A DNA stretch of 64,000 bases, taken from Octopus vulgaris (Eukaryota). Within the stretch, counting starts at the first letter, position 1, and each line of letters opens with the position of its first letter. This document shows positions 1-12,250 of the stretch, in pieces. The stretch lies in NCBI GenBank assembly GCA_951406725.2, contig OX597842.1, positions 9,424,001 through 9,488,000 on the forward strand, read 5' to 3'. The position numbers and the translations under genes were made by a program. Below the pieces are notes generated by a model. That model had not been told where the DNA came from. It made no database searches and saw only the letters and a program-made list of their open reading frames with translations.

Positions 1-544
1 GAACGTGCCTGTGATGTACTTAGACTTGTTTTAAGGTCACATTTCTGTGGCAAACACACACACACACACACACATACATATGCACATACACAAATATAGA
101 GACAGACATACCTGCATGCATACACATATACAAACAATGCATACACATATACATACACATACGCAGACACGTACAATATATACATACATATATGTGGACG
201 CATACACACACACACACTCTTTGTACTTTCACTTGTTTAAGGTCACATGTTCGAAGAACTCACACACAGGGCTATATACATACATACATTACCTATATAA
301 ATAAATATATATATACCCAGCGGAGTTGATGACAGTACCATAGAAATAATTTACTAAAATCGAATATATATACATATATATATATACACTAAAGGGACTC
401 CCTAAATCACACGTGCCGTCTCTTTCTATATATACCCCCTTTATTCAGTAACTCTTTATATCGTTGAATATCGTATAGAGGTACCCGGAGGTACCCTTAA
501 TATATATACATGGCAATCTTTCGTCTCTAGTAGACCAGATCGCC

Positions 545-578
<34 letters not shown>

Positions 579-780
579 CTTTCTCTTTTACTTGTTTCAC
601 TTATTTGACTGTGGTCATGCTGGAGCACCGCCTTTGAGTGTGTGTATGTATATATATAGAGAGAGATAGAATGAAACAGTTCTAGTCCTGTAGAAGCTCC
701 TTCTATAAAATAAATTAATTTACTCTGCTATGTATTGAGTACCTTATTTACTGTGGTTAACCCCGACTCAACCCGGGACC

Positions 781-826
<46 letters not shown>

Positions 827-1173
827 GATTGTAGCTTTTGGATTGTGTCCGTGTTGGGTCAAGCACTTCCAAGGGTATTTTCTATTTACATTAGCGACTC
901 TACGTGACTTTCTTGCTTATAGGATGTTGAGCATGCTAGAAATAGCAGCTACGGATAGATGACATCTCTGAAATGAAGCTCTGCCGTCTGGGACCGGGAC
1001 ATTTTAGATTGGATTGTATAATGTGTTGCCTTGTGTTCGATGTGTTTTGGTAGTAGACGGGATGGTCACGGCTAGATTGATTTTGTAACTTTGATCATGG
1101 GTCTCTGCTAGATCAGGTCTGACCGGGAACTAAACCGCAAACGGTACCCATCAGATTACATGTATGTATATGC

Positions 1174-1210
<37 letters not shown>

Positions 1211-2243
1211 GTTTGTATATTTACAGTGCACATTATGTATACGTATATATAGAGTAAGACAGACAGGTGTTCCTATATATAGATATAAGGTGTATGTTAT
1301 GCATACATAGCGAGACACCTATACATAGATATGGTATATGTATATATAAGGGCACGGATGTGTGTGTATAGGTGTCCCTTTCGAACAGCGTCGGAAATTA
1401 TTTAGTGCGCCAAAAGCTGAAATATTTTCGGATATGCGAATGTCTTCAAAACATCTGAGATTATAATTCTTCCAAATATATACGTTAACTTTTTAAGACA
1501 TAAATCTGAAAATGAAGTAGGGAAGGGGATACAAAATTCCCCTTTTGCCATTAAATTTTTTGTTTCTTTTGCGAAATCATTAATCTACGACGTTTAAAAC
1601 AGACATTTAACCTGTAGACATTACGCGGTTTTGGCGCACTAGCTAATTACCGACCATTTTCTGTAGGAAGGTGTATGCATGCATGCATGTATGTATGTAT
1701 ATATATATACACACACATATATGTGTGTATTTATGTATATAGCTAGATAGAATGTGTCTATATGTGTGTGTGTGTGTATCTCTTTTACTCTTTTAATTGT
1801 TCCAGTCATTTGACTGTGGCCATGCTGGAGCACCGCCTTTTTAGTCGAACAAATCGACCCCAACACTTATTCTTTGTAAGCCTAGTACTTATTCTATCGG
1901 TCTCTTTTGCCGAACTGCTAAGTTACGGGGACGTAAACACACCAGCATCAGTTGTCAACCGATGTTGGTGGGGTGGGGGACAAACACACACACACACACA
2001 CATATGTATATAAATATTTACGACGGGCTTCTTTCAGTTTCCGTCTACCAAATCCACTCACAAGGCTTTAGTTGGCCCGAGGCTATAGTAGAAGACACTT
2101 GCCCAAGGTGCCACGCAATATATTTATTTATTTATTTATTTATAGAAATGGCAAGACAACAAAAGAATGAAAGAGACCTCGATATTATGTAAATAAAGGA
2201 ATTTATCTGTAAATATAATATGTGACAATTATTCGGTAGCCAT

Positions 2244-2304
2244 GATAAAACTCCGAGTTTCGGATGTCTGGCCGGAAACCCGCACCGGCATCTCTTCAGT
2301 TATC
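2244..2304 (-). ncRNA. Hammerhead ribozyme (family 2), left arm of a palindrome
   Basis: Reverse complement GATAA-CTGAAGA-GATG...CATCC-GAAA-CTCGGAG-TT-TTATC; stem I GATAA/TTATC. Confidence 0.6.
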
Positions 2305-2322
2305 GGGCCATTCGATGGTCCC

Positions 2323-2383
2323 GATAACTTAAGAGATGCCGGCGTGGGTTTCCATCCCGACATCCGAAACTCGGAGTCTTATC
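2323..2383 (+). ncRNA. Hammerhead ribozyme (family 2), right arm, with a core mutation
   Basis: GATAA-CTTAAGA-GATG...CATCC-GAAA-CTCGGAG-TC-TTATC; canonical GUC cleavage triplet but G5 changed to U. Confidence 0.5.
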
Positions 2384-2909
2384 ATGACTACCGAATAATT
2401 GTCACATATTATATATATATATATATATAACTGGGGTCAATTTGTTCAACTAAGCCAACGGTTTTCAAGAATTTTTTTTACCTGTGGACCCGTTTGATTC
2501 CTATTTTACACTAGTGGATCCCTACAGCCATTTGATGTTTATAATGAACCTGTTGCATTTTTATTATTAAATATCAAGAATTGTATTTTAAAAAAATTGT
2601 TAAAATATTTTGTTCATTGTAGAAGTATAGCCAATTTATTGCACGACAAAATTTTTATATGGACCCCTGGTTGAAAACCACTAGACTATAAACACTTCAA
2701 GGCATTGTGCCAGTATGGGCGCAGTTCAGTGACTGAAATAAGTAAAATACAAAAGTGTATATATATATTGTTTTTAGAAAACATAAATCCGAAAGAAGAA
2801 GCACACTCTTATGATGTAGAGCAGTATGTATTAAACCCTTTATAGACGGGAAACCTAAGGTGATCCCATAAACCGGCCTTCCCCATTTAAAATATATATA
2901 TATATATAT

Positions 2910-2971
<62 letters not shown>

Positions 2972-3184
2972 TTTATTTAAAGCAGCAGAAAATTCAACAA
3001 AACCTGTTACTCTGAGTTTCCCGTTGCCGTTCGTCGGACAGTTTTTGCTGATGAGACACATCTGCACCTATGATGCACCACAACTGTTTAAACAGTGTCT
3101 CACCCGTGAGGCACCAGTACATGATGGGACGAGACAATCGTAGTGAATAATAGTCTTGTGAATTCGTCGGACAGTTTTTGCTAG

Positions 3185-3231
3185 AAAACTGTCCGACGAA
3201 CGGCAACGGGAAACTCAGAGTAACAGGTTTT
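3185..3231 (+). ncRNA. Hammerhead-like motif (family 3); inverted copy at 2999..3045
   Basis: AAAACTGT-CCGACGA-ACGGCAACGG-GAAA-CTCAGAG-TA-ACAGGTTTT; stem I CTGT/ACAG, GUA triplet. The core reads CCGACGA in both copies. Confidence 0.45.
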
Positions 3232-3326
3232 GTTGAATTTTCTGCTGCTTTAAATAAAGCATATTACTCTACCACTTGTATTTGAGTACTCTTTTTTCCA
3301 CCTTGTTTCACAGTTGTGTTTACTCC

Positions 3327-3376
<50 letters not shown>

Positions 3377-3511
3377 CCATCCTAAGGATACAGGTTTTGT
3401 TAAGGACCTGCGAATCTTGAACTAGCACAGAATCCAAATCAAATCATTTTGAATACTACATGTAACTCACAATTAATGTATTGAGTACCCTTTCTTTCGT
3501 TTATCCACTCA

Positions 3512-3563
<52 letters not shown>

Positions 3564-4276
3564 ACAGCCTTATATACACACACTGACATAGAACCAGCGT
3601 TGAACCCTTTATTCGCAATATTACCGAATCTGGAACTTAACTATCGTCTGTCTATAGCACTTATTCAGCATTACCTGACACCTTTCGGTCTCAATGACAC
3701 CATTATCTCTTATAACCTCAACTATGTCATATATATTTATATATATATCTTGTACTGGATCTCGGTCACTCGACTACGGCCATACGAGAGCCACTGTCGT
3801 AATGGTTTTAATCTTTGGGGTGTACTTTTGATGTGTGTGTGTGTGTGTTTTGTGTTTGCAAGGCCGGTTTTAAGCCAGTAAGACAGATTTGTTCAAATAA
3901 GGCCCCGTGCCCAGAGATGGCCCTGCACGCACGCTCGAGTGGAAGACATTATGATGAATTTTCAGTTTATCATTATGGCTGATGGTAGGCGCCTGGCGAC
4001 CTCAGCGCTTTTTGGCTGGGACTGGCGGACTACACGAAGCATAAAACAACAACCTCCACCTTTTATGGATTAGATGGCACCCCTGACTATTCTCTAATTG
4101 GGCCCCGACACTTCCTAGCGCTGCTCCTGGTGATTGATTGTGATTTCATCTGGTGAGGGATTGTCTCATTCATGAAAGTGGATCCACTATTAACTATCTA
4201 AATTACGAAAAATAATAATTAAAACAAACGTTTGGTATTACTTGCATGGAGATGCAGAAGAGTCTGGCGCTAGATG

Positions 4277-4325
<49 letters not shown>

Positions 4326-4459
4326 ACATTTTATTACACGCTGGCCACATGATATAATCTTTGAAATGGTTTTATCCGTAATTCTATATATATATATATA
4401 TATCAAAAGATAGTTATGGCGTGTCTGGGGTTACCTAGGGTTTCGCGTCCTACTGACGA

Positions 4460-4497
<38 letters not shown>

Positions 4498-5131
4498 CTT
4501 GTTTCAGTCAATAGACTGAGGCCATGTTGGAGCATCGCCTTGACGTGTTTAGTCGAATGAATCGATTCTAGTTCTTTTTTAAACCTGGTAGTCATTCTGT
4601 TGGTCTCTTTTGGTGAACCACTAAGTTACGGGGACGTTAACAAACCAAATTGGTTATCAGACGATTGTGGGGGACGGACTTCTTTCATTTTCCGTCTACC
4701 AAATCCACTCACAAGGCTCTGGTCGGCTCGAGGTGTCACACAGTGGGACTGAACCCGGAACCATGTAGTTGGGAAGTATAAACACACACACACACACACA
4801 CACAAACGTCAGCATATTTCCTGTCTACGAAATCTCACTCGGTATGGTTCTTATTACTCAACCTGAAGTGACACGATAAAAGACTCTGGCCAAAATCGAC
4901 TCCAAGTGTGTGGTTCGATCCTGAATACATTCAGAAAGTTGGTCCTCGAGCCAGGCCTTTCGCGACACCCTTAAAGCCTAGAATTTTTCGGCAGCCTCTC
5001 GTGTGCGTGTGTGTGTGTTTGTAATTGGGTTTTTCCAATGTGAAACTAATCTGCTAAAGCATAACTTCCGGTTAAAGTGAAAGTGTTGCGTTAAAAACGT
5101 TTACATTATCGTCATCTGTATGTAGGATAGT

Positions 5132-5975
5132 GTGGAGGCGCAATGGCCCAGTGGTTAGGGCAGCGGATTCGCGGTCGTAGGATCGCAATTTCGATTCCCA
5201 AATCGAGCATTGTGAGTATTTATTGAGCGAAAACACCTAAAGCTCCACGAGGCTCCAGCAGCCTTGTCACTCTCTGGGATCTTTTCGGTTTGAACGGCAG
5301 TTTTTAACATAATTTCTAGGTAACTAAACACTTTTAAACTTCGTATACTGGTAGAATGTGTTTATAAAACATCTTTTTCTCTTGGCTTACTTGAGAAAAT
5401 TCTATAGTTTGTAAGATATTTGTTATTTTTTTTCTTCAATTTCTGCAATTTCAACCAATCAATGACCGTCTATTGAGGTGTAAACATTCTGTGCCGTATG
5501 AATATGTCCCTCGTTTAAGAAACAGATTGGATTTATTTACATTTCTGGGAAAAAAAAAGATATCCTTCCCCCACCCCTAACCCTAACCCCAAAACAGATT
5601 GAAATGCAATAGATCGATACTAGGGTCATAATTATGGGTGACAATTTCATATGACACTGCTAGAAAAAACTGCCGTTCAAACCGAAAAGATCCACACTAT
5701 GTTATGCTGAATCTCCCCAAGAACTACATTAAGGGTACATGTGTCTGTGGAGTGCTCAGCCACTTGCACGTTAATAAATGAGCTGCGACGTCAATGGTGC
5801 CAAGCTGTATCGGCCTTTGCTTTTCCCTTGGATAACATCGGTGGCGTGGAGAGGGGAGGCTGGTATGCATGGGCGACTGCTGGTCTTCCATAAACAACCT
5901 TGCCCGGACTTGTGTCTAGGAGGGGAACTTTCTAGGTGCAATCCCATGGTCATTCATGACCGAAGGGGGTCACAA
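5132..5975 (+). mobile_element. Second tRNA-derived SINE family (representative copy, with nested MITE)
   Basis: Head GTGGAGGCGCAATGGCCCAGTGGTTAGGGCAGCGG...TTTCGATTCCC; TSD ATGTAGGATAG at 5120..5130 and 5982..5992. Related copies at 10759..10990, 11029..11368, 17780..18143, 21891..22856, 24373..25338 and 50543..50926. Confidence 0.8.
5277..5693. mobile_element. MITE with about 30-bp TIRs and CCCTAA repeats, inserted in a SINE
   Basis: GGATCTTTTCGGTTTGAACGGCAGTTTTTT ... AAAAAACTGCCGTTCAAACCGAAAAGATCC; CCCTAACCCTAACCC near 5575..5590. Confidence 0.8.
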
Positions 5976-7708
5976 CACACAATGTAGGATAGAGAATCCA
6001 CCGACATGGCAGAACGGTCAACACGCTGGACAGAAATACTTAACAGTATTTCTTCCGTTTTCATTTTATAAATCCGAATTCCGCTTTGGTCGACTTTCCT
6101 GTTCATCTTAGTACTCACGAAGAAAAATGGACCCGCGCTAGTCATTAAGAAAAGAGAAAAAAGAAATTTTGAAATTGGAGTGGCTGTGTGGTAAGTAGCT
6201 TGCTTACCAACCACATGGTTCCCGGTTCAGTCTCACTACATGGCACCTTGGGCAAGTGTCTTCTATTATAGCCTTGGGCCGACCAAAGGCTTGTGAGTGG
6301 ATTTGGTAGACGGAAACTGAAAGAACCCGCCGTATATATATATAGTGACACCTTGGGCAAGTGTCTTCTACTATAGCCCTGGGCCGACCAAAGCCTTGTG
6401 AGTGAATTTGGTAGCGGAAACTGAACAGAAGCCCGTCATATATATGTATATATATATATATATGTGTTTGTGTGTCTGTGTTTGTCCCCCCAACATTACT
6501 TGACAACCGATGCTGGTGTGTTTACGTCCCCGTAACTTAGCAGTTCAGCAAAAAAGACTGATAGAATAAGTACTAGGCTTACAAAGAATAAGTACTGGGG
6601 TCGATGTGCTCAACTGAAGACGGTGCTCCAGCATGGCCGCAGTCTAATGACTGAAACAAGTAAAAGAGTAAAAGTAAACCATTCCAGAAGACGTTTTAAA
6701 ATGTCCTGTAGACATTCATCCCCGGTTTTCCTATATTCTTCCCTCAAAAGAAATTCATCTAACTGGGATTCACTCATTTGTTTGTACTTCCATCATACTC
6801 TTGACTTTACCTGTGTATAATTCAACACTTTCTTCTCCTTTAAAGATGAATATGCAGCATCAAAACTCTGAATCATCATCATCATCGTTTAACATCCACT
6901 TTCTATGCTGGCATGGGTTGGACGGTTTGACTAAGGACTGGTGGTGAGCCAGAGGCTGCACCAAACTCCAATCTGATCTGGCAGAGTTTCTACAGCTGGA
7001 TGCCCTTCCTAACGCCAACCACTCCAAGAATGTAGTGGGTGCTTTTGCTTGCCACCGGCACGAGGGCCAGTCAGGCGGTACTGGCAACAGCCACACTCAA
7101 ATGGTGTTTTCTACGTGCCACCAGCACAGGAGCCAGTCTAGCGGCACTGGCAACAACCTCACTCAAATGTTTTTCACATGTCACTGGCACAAGTGCCAGT
7201 AAGGTGATGCTGGTAACGATCATACGCGAATGGCTCTTTTTGTGTGCCACCGGCACTGGAGCCAGTCAGCAACCCTGGCAACAATCATGCTCGGATGGTG
7301 CTTTAACGTTCTGCTGGCATGGGTGCCAGTCAGGCAATGCTGTCATCGGCCATGTGTGCGAATTTTGTATGGCAAAATATCATAAAACATTTTAAATAAC
7401 AATAAATCGAATTATACCGAAATGAATAACATTTTATTTCAATTTCAGAATTGTTTTATTTTCACTGAATGACTAGCGCAGGTTCACTCTTCTTCATGAC
7501 TACCTTTCACCCTTTTGGGGTCAATAAAATTTTTGCCATTCTTCTATTATCCTACAATACACCTGGTACCATATTATGATACAATGTGAGCACTGAAACA
7601 AATATGTAGGATGGTGGATAGATTGTATGGTTGGTTTGCTGTGGCCCTTAAAATGAAAGTGTTCCATTAAAAGAATTTAACCCTTTTCTTGCTGTAGTGT
7701 GATGGAGG

Positions 7709-8087
7709 AAATGCTAACTTGACTGTTCGGTCCAGTGATTCTCCCTCATATCCCACCAGTTTAGCAAATCTGAGTTCGTTTGCAAATACGTCAACCTGTT
7801 CACCGGTCCACTCTGCTTTCCCCAGGCGAGTGTAAGTTTTGAACATTCCATCTGCAAAGGCCTCCATCAAATGGATTTCTATTTTTTTCCATGCTAAGTT
7901 GGTCCCTCTCTTCCATTTATAGGTATAGCACCAACGCTGAACCATCTAGGTACAGCGTTATAAAACTCACTAAGTCGTTTATATTGTGGAGTTTTGCAAC
8001 CAACCTCATCTTCTTCAACCAAGCAACTACATCCGTGTCACTGCAAAATGGTTTGACCATATCGTTTGAAATATGGGCTACACTCAT
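7709..8087 (-). pseudogene. Degenerate Ty3/gypsy-like gag N-terminus
   Basis: MSVAHISNDMVKPFCSDTDVVAWLKKMRLVAKLHNINDLVSFITLYLDGSALVLYL*, then a frameshift into KIEIHLMEAFADG...WTGEQVDVFANELR...VKLAF. Resembles invertebrate gypsy gag as I recall it; one stop and one frameshift. Confidence 0.65.
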
Positions 8088-8471
8088 CACTCTTTAATCT
8101 TTACTCTTTTCCTTGTTTCAGTCATTTGACTGTGGCCATGCTGGAGCACCACCTTTAGTTGAGCAAATCGACCCCAGGACTTATAAGCCTAGTACTTATT
8201 CTATTAGTCTCTTTTGCTGAACCGCTAAGTTACAGGGACTTAACCCCCCCAGCATCGGTTGTCAAGCGATGTTGGTGGGACATACATATATACGATGGGC
8301 TTCTTTCAGTTTCCGTCTATCAAATCCTCTCGCAAAGTTTTGGTCGGCCTGAGGCTATAGCAGAAGACACTTGCCCAAGGTGCTACACAGTGGGAATGAA
8401 CCCGGAACCATGTGGTTGGTAAGCTAGCTACTAACCACACAGCCACGCCTGCATTTTCTTTTGTTTTTTTT

Positions 8472-8765
8472 TGTTATGAGCCGAAATAGCTTGTAGAGTG
8501 ATGGAGGAAAAAGATAAGAGAAAAAGAAGCAAAAGGGAGAAAGAAATACAGAGGCCTTACCTGTTGACCGAGGCGGGATGAGCAATCACTGTCAAGAAAA
8601 ATACAACTCCTTGCATACTCGCTGTCTCTCATCAAACTGCCCCATGTGATTTTTGCCCACGCATGCCCCCATGGCTCTACCGCTGGCCCTTGCAGTCTTC
8701 ACTTCCGTCTACCTCATTTCCAATCCTCTCCAGCAACACCATATAGCCCATCACAGCCCATAACA
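8472..8765 (-). mobile_element. Putative LTR (294 bp) upstream of the gag fragment
   Basis: On the minus strand it starts TGTTATGGGC and ends GCTCATAACA (TG...CA with a 9/10 terminal inverted repeat). It is separated from the gag ATG almost entirely by a SINE (8098..8451). Confidence 0.55.
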
Positions 8766-9078
8766 CCACAAACACCACACTTGCATATTTCTGTTGAATT
8801 ACGCTGCCTTTGTTTCAGTTCATTTCGAAATAATGAAGAATTTAGCTAAATAACTTTCTGATTATTAAGCTGGGTTTTGGAACATAAATTCAACATAAAG
8901 GATGGAAGGTTTTGTGATCACTCAAGCCTTTTGTTACCATATTTCTATAGAAATACTGTTGCTGTTTCAATTAATTTTGAAAACATTGAAGAATTTACCA
9001 AAATAACTGACATTATTAAGCTGGTGTTTGGAACATAAATCAACATGAAATTTCGAAGGAAGAAAGTTTTGATTTAAA

Positions 9079-9292
9079 GGCGGCGAGCTGGCAGAAACGT
9101 TAGCACGCTGGGCGAAATGCTTATTGGTATTTTGTCTGCTGCTACATTCTGAGTTCAAATTCCAACGAGGTCGACTTTGCCTTTCATCCTTTCGGGGTCG
9201 ATTAAATAAGTACCAGTTACACACTGGGGTCAATATAATTGACTTAATCCGTTTGTCCCTTGTGTTTAGCCCCTTGTGAGTAGTAAATAAAT
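9079..9292 (+). mobile_element. Monomeric copy of the same SINE
   Basis: A- and B-box head. 20-bp TSD AGGAAGAAAGTTTT(G/A)ATTTA at 9057..9076 and 9293..9312. Many decayed copies at 26000..28100, 44530..45000, 46080..46690 and 51125..51355. Confidence 0.8.
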
Positions 9293-9653
9293 AGGAAGAA
9301 AGTTTTAATTTAGATCACTAAAGGGGCTCTTTACCCGTTACCTTATGTATATGTAATGGCATGGAGAAGAGAGGATGGTATGCATGGACGACTACTGGTC
9401 TTCCATAAACAACCTTGCCCAGACTTGTGCCTCAGAGGGAAACTTCCTGGGAACAATCCCATGGTCACCATGACTAAAAGATGTCTCTACCCTTTACCCT
9501 ATGTACATATAATGGCATGGAGAGGGGAGGCTGGTATACGTGGATCACTGCTGGTCTTCCATAAACAACCTTGCCCAGAACTTGTGCCTCGGAGGGCAAC
9601 TTTCTAGGTGCAATCTCATGGTCAACCATGATCAAAGGAGGTCTACTCTTTAA

Positions 9654-10116
9654 CCCATTTGGTACCAACCCGGCCAAAACCACCTCTGGCTCTGTTGTAC
9701 AAATGTCTTGTTTTCATAAGTTTTGAATTAAAATCTTCCACCAAACCTTAGTCACAATTTGTGTTCCTAACACTAGCTGAATGATAACTAAGTTATTTTA
9801 CTAAATTCTTTGTTATATTTAAAATTAATTGAAAGAAACACAGAGCATCTCGACAGAATACGGTAACAAAAGGCTTAAAATATATAATAGAGAAACAATT
9901 CTTAACCCTTTTGGTACCAACCCTGCTTAAGCTGCCTCTGGCTCTGTAGTGTAAATGTCTTGTTTTCATAAGTTTTGAATTAAAATCTTCTTAGTCACAA
10001 TTTATATTCCTAACACTAGCTTAATGATAACTGAGTTATTTTACTAAATTCTTTGTTATATTTAAAATTAATTTAAAGAAACACAACATCTCAAAATAAA
10101 GGTGGTAATGAAAGGG
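9654..10116. mobile_element. Two adjacent piggyBac-type (TTAA) MITEs, 9654..9874 and 9906..10116
   Basis: Each runs TTAA-CCC...GG(G/C)-TTAA, about 215 bp, and they are mutually similar. A third copy is at 39025..39245. Confidence 0.7.
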
Positions 10117-10302
10117 TTAAACATACACTGTACAATATCTAGAAAAACAGAAAAACATTTCAAAGAGGAATATTTTAGGGAATCAATAAAAATTGTAATA
10201 TCATCAGAATATATTCTTAGCGCAAAAATATTGCCTACTGTGTGAGATGTGGTGGTGGAATAAGCATTATGAGGATGATGAGGGACAATATTTTCTGTCT
10301 TA

Positions 10303-10735
10303 CATTATTTACATTTGATGGATATTTGTCCTCATCTTGTTTGTTGTTAACACAACATTTCGGTTGATATACCCTCCAGCCTTCATCAGGTGTTTTGGAG
10401 AAATTTCAAACCTGGGTTCTTATTCCTAAGATATTTGAGTCTCTACATCTACACAGGAAAGTTAGATGGTTTGAAAGAGGAGCTAGTTTTTGATGGAGTT
10501 TCTATATATGTCTCCATTGAAGTCTAATGTCGGCTCCGTACTAATTAGATAATACAGTTCTATATTTAAGAGATGAGGAATTATGTACATTATTTACATT
10601 ATTTACATTTGACGGATATTTGTCCTCATCTTGTTTGTTGTTAACACAACATTTCAGCTGATATACCCTCCAGCCTTCATCAGGTGTCTTGGGGAAATTT
10701 TAAACCTGGGTTCTCATTCCTAAGGTATTTTTCGA
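10303..10735 (-). mobile_element. Penelope-like element fragment: two direct pLTR copies around the ORF N-terminus
   Basis: Direct repeats near 10303..10435 and 10600..10735. Between them is the reverse complement of the N(Q)YGADIRLQWRHIEKLHQKLA..SNHLTFLCRCRDSN segment, similar to PLE ORF N-termini. Each repeat has a hammerhead core. Confidence 0.7.
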
Positions 10736-11853
10736 TGTTGTTGTTAAGATTAATATTGTGGAGGTGCATGGCTTAGTGGTTAGGGTATCAGCATCATGAT
10801 CGTAAGATTGTGATTTCAATTCCTGGACCGTGTGGCGCATTGTGTTCTTGAGCAAAACACTTCATTTCACGTTGCTCCAGTCCACTCAACTGGCAAAAAT
10901 GAGTAACACTGCTATGGACTGAGATCCCGTCCAGCTGGGGAACACATGGAAACCGGGCCCATGAGCCTGGCTAGACTTTAAAAAGGCGGAAAAAAAAGAT
11001 TAATATTAATGAGTAAGGTTAAGATTTGTGAAGGTATATGGCTCAGTGGTTAGAGCATCGAGCTTACGGTCATGAGGTTGTGAGTTCAAATCCCAGACCA
11101 GGCTGCGTGTTGTGTTCTTGAGCAAGACACTTTATTTCACGTTGCTCCAGTTCACTCAGCTGTAGAAATGAGTTGCGACGTCACAGGTGCCAAGCTGTAT
11201 CGGCCCCTTTGCCTTTCCCTTGGATAATACTGGTGGCGTGTAGAAGGAAGGCCGGTATGCATGGGCGACTGCTGGTCTTCCATAAAACAACCTTGCCCGG
11301 ACTTGTGCCTGGGAAGGTAACTTTCTAGGTGCAATCCCACGGTCAGTCATCACTGAAAGGGGTCTCAACAACTCAACATGGGTATAAGTAGTTGTGTGTG
11401 TGGTGTGCTAGGTGTGTGTTGCACACCCATTGAAAATGGCAAATTTATCTACTATAATAATACTCTTATGTATTTTTCCGTCACAACATTTGAATGAGAA
11501 AGGAAGGGGTGATAGATGAATAAGGAAGGAAGGGGTGATGGCAAACTTGGTAGTGGGATGATGGAAGTTCTACTCTTATACTTGTTTCAGTCATTTGACT
11601 GTGGCCATGCTGGAGCACCGCCTTTAGTCGAGCAAATCGACCCCAGGACTTATTCTTTGTAAGCCTAGTACTTATTCTATCGGTTCTTTTGCCGAACCGC
11701 TAAGTTACAGGGACATAAACATACCAGCATCGGTTGTCAAGCGGGGACAAACATAGACACACAAACATACATATATATATATATGACCGTGTGTGTATCA
11801 TTGGCGATTCTTTTTCCTCCGTCTTCTTTTCCTTGGATCTTTCCTTTTCCTAT

Positions 11854-11888
11854 GTTTCTGACGAAGAGCTCCGCTTGAAACATTAAAT
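11854..11888 (+). ncRNA. Degenerate minimal hammerhead (family 4)
   Basis: GTTT-CTGACGA-A-GAGC(tcc)GCTT-GAAA-CA-TT-AAAT inside an insert of about 200 bp in a SINE's (TA)n. Related motif at 19863..19895(-). Confidence 0.45.
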
Positions 11889-12250
11889 CTTCCTTCTTTC
11901 TTTCCTTTCCTGAGCGTCCAATAACACTATACTTATTCCACGTCCTCGCGTTGTGTTTTCTCTTTGTGTTTTCATGTTTGGATTAAATATATATATACAT
12001 ATATAAGACAGGCTTCTTTCAGTTTCCGTCTACCAAATCCACTCACAAGGCTTTGGTCGCCCCGAGGCTATAGTAGAAGACACTTGCCCAAGGTGTCACG
12101 CGGTGGGACTGAACCCGGAACCATGTGGTTGGTAAGCAAGCTACTTACCACACAGCGGCTAACATTTCGTTCAATTGTTCAAATACTCTACAATACCACA
12201 TTATAAGTTATTATTTAAAATGGATTTGCTTATCTACTTCATACGATATA

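Noticed and set aside
4862-5071. Possible minus-strand first exon (MYSGSNHTLG..., donor GTTGAGT) with an ETS-like ACTTCCGG
   Set aside because: About 4930..5003 is a remnant of the 58397 mariner-like MITE, no downstream exon was found, and a single motif is weak evidence.
8561-8616. MQGVVFFLTVIAHPASVNR as the missing upstream exon of the 15225 gene
   Set aside because: It is on the wrong strand and lies inside the putative LTR.
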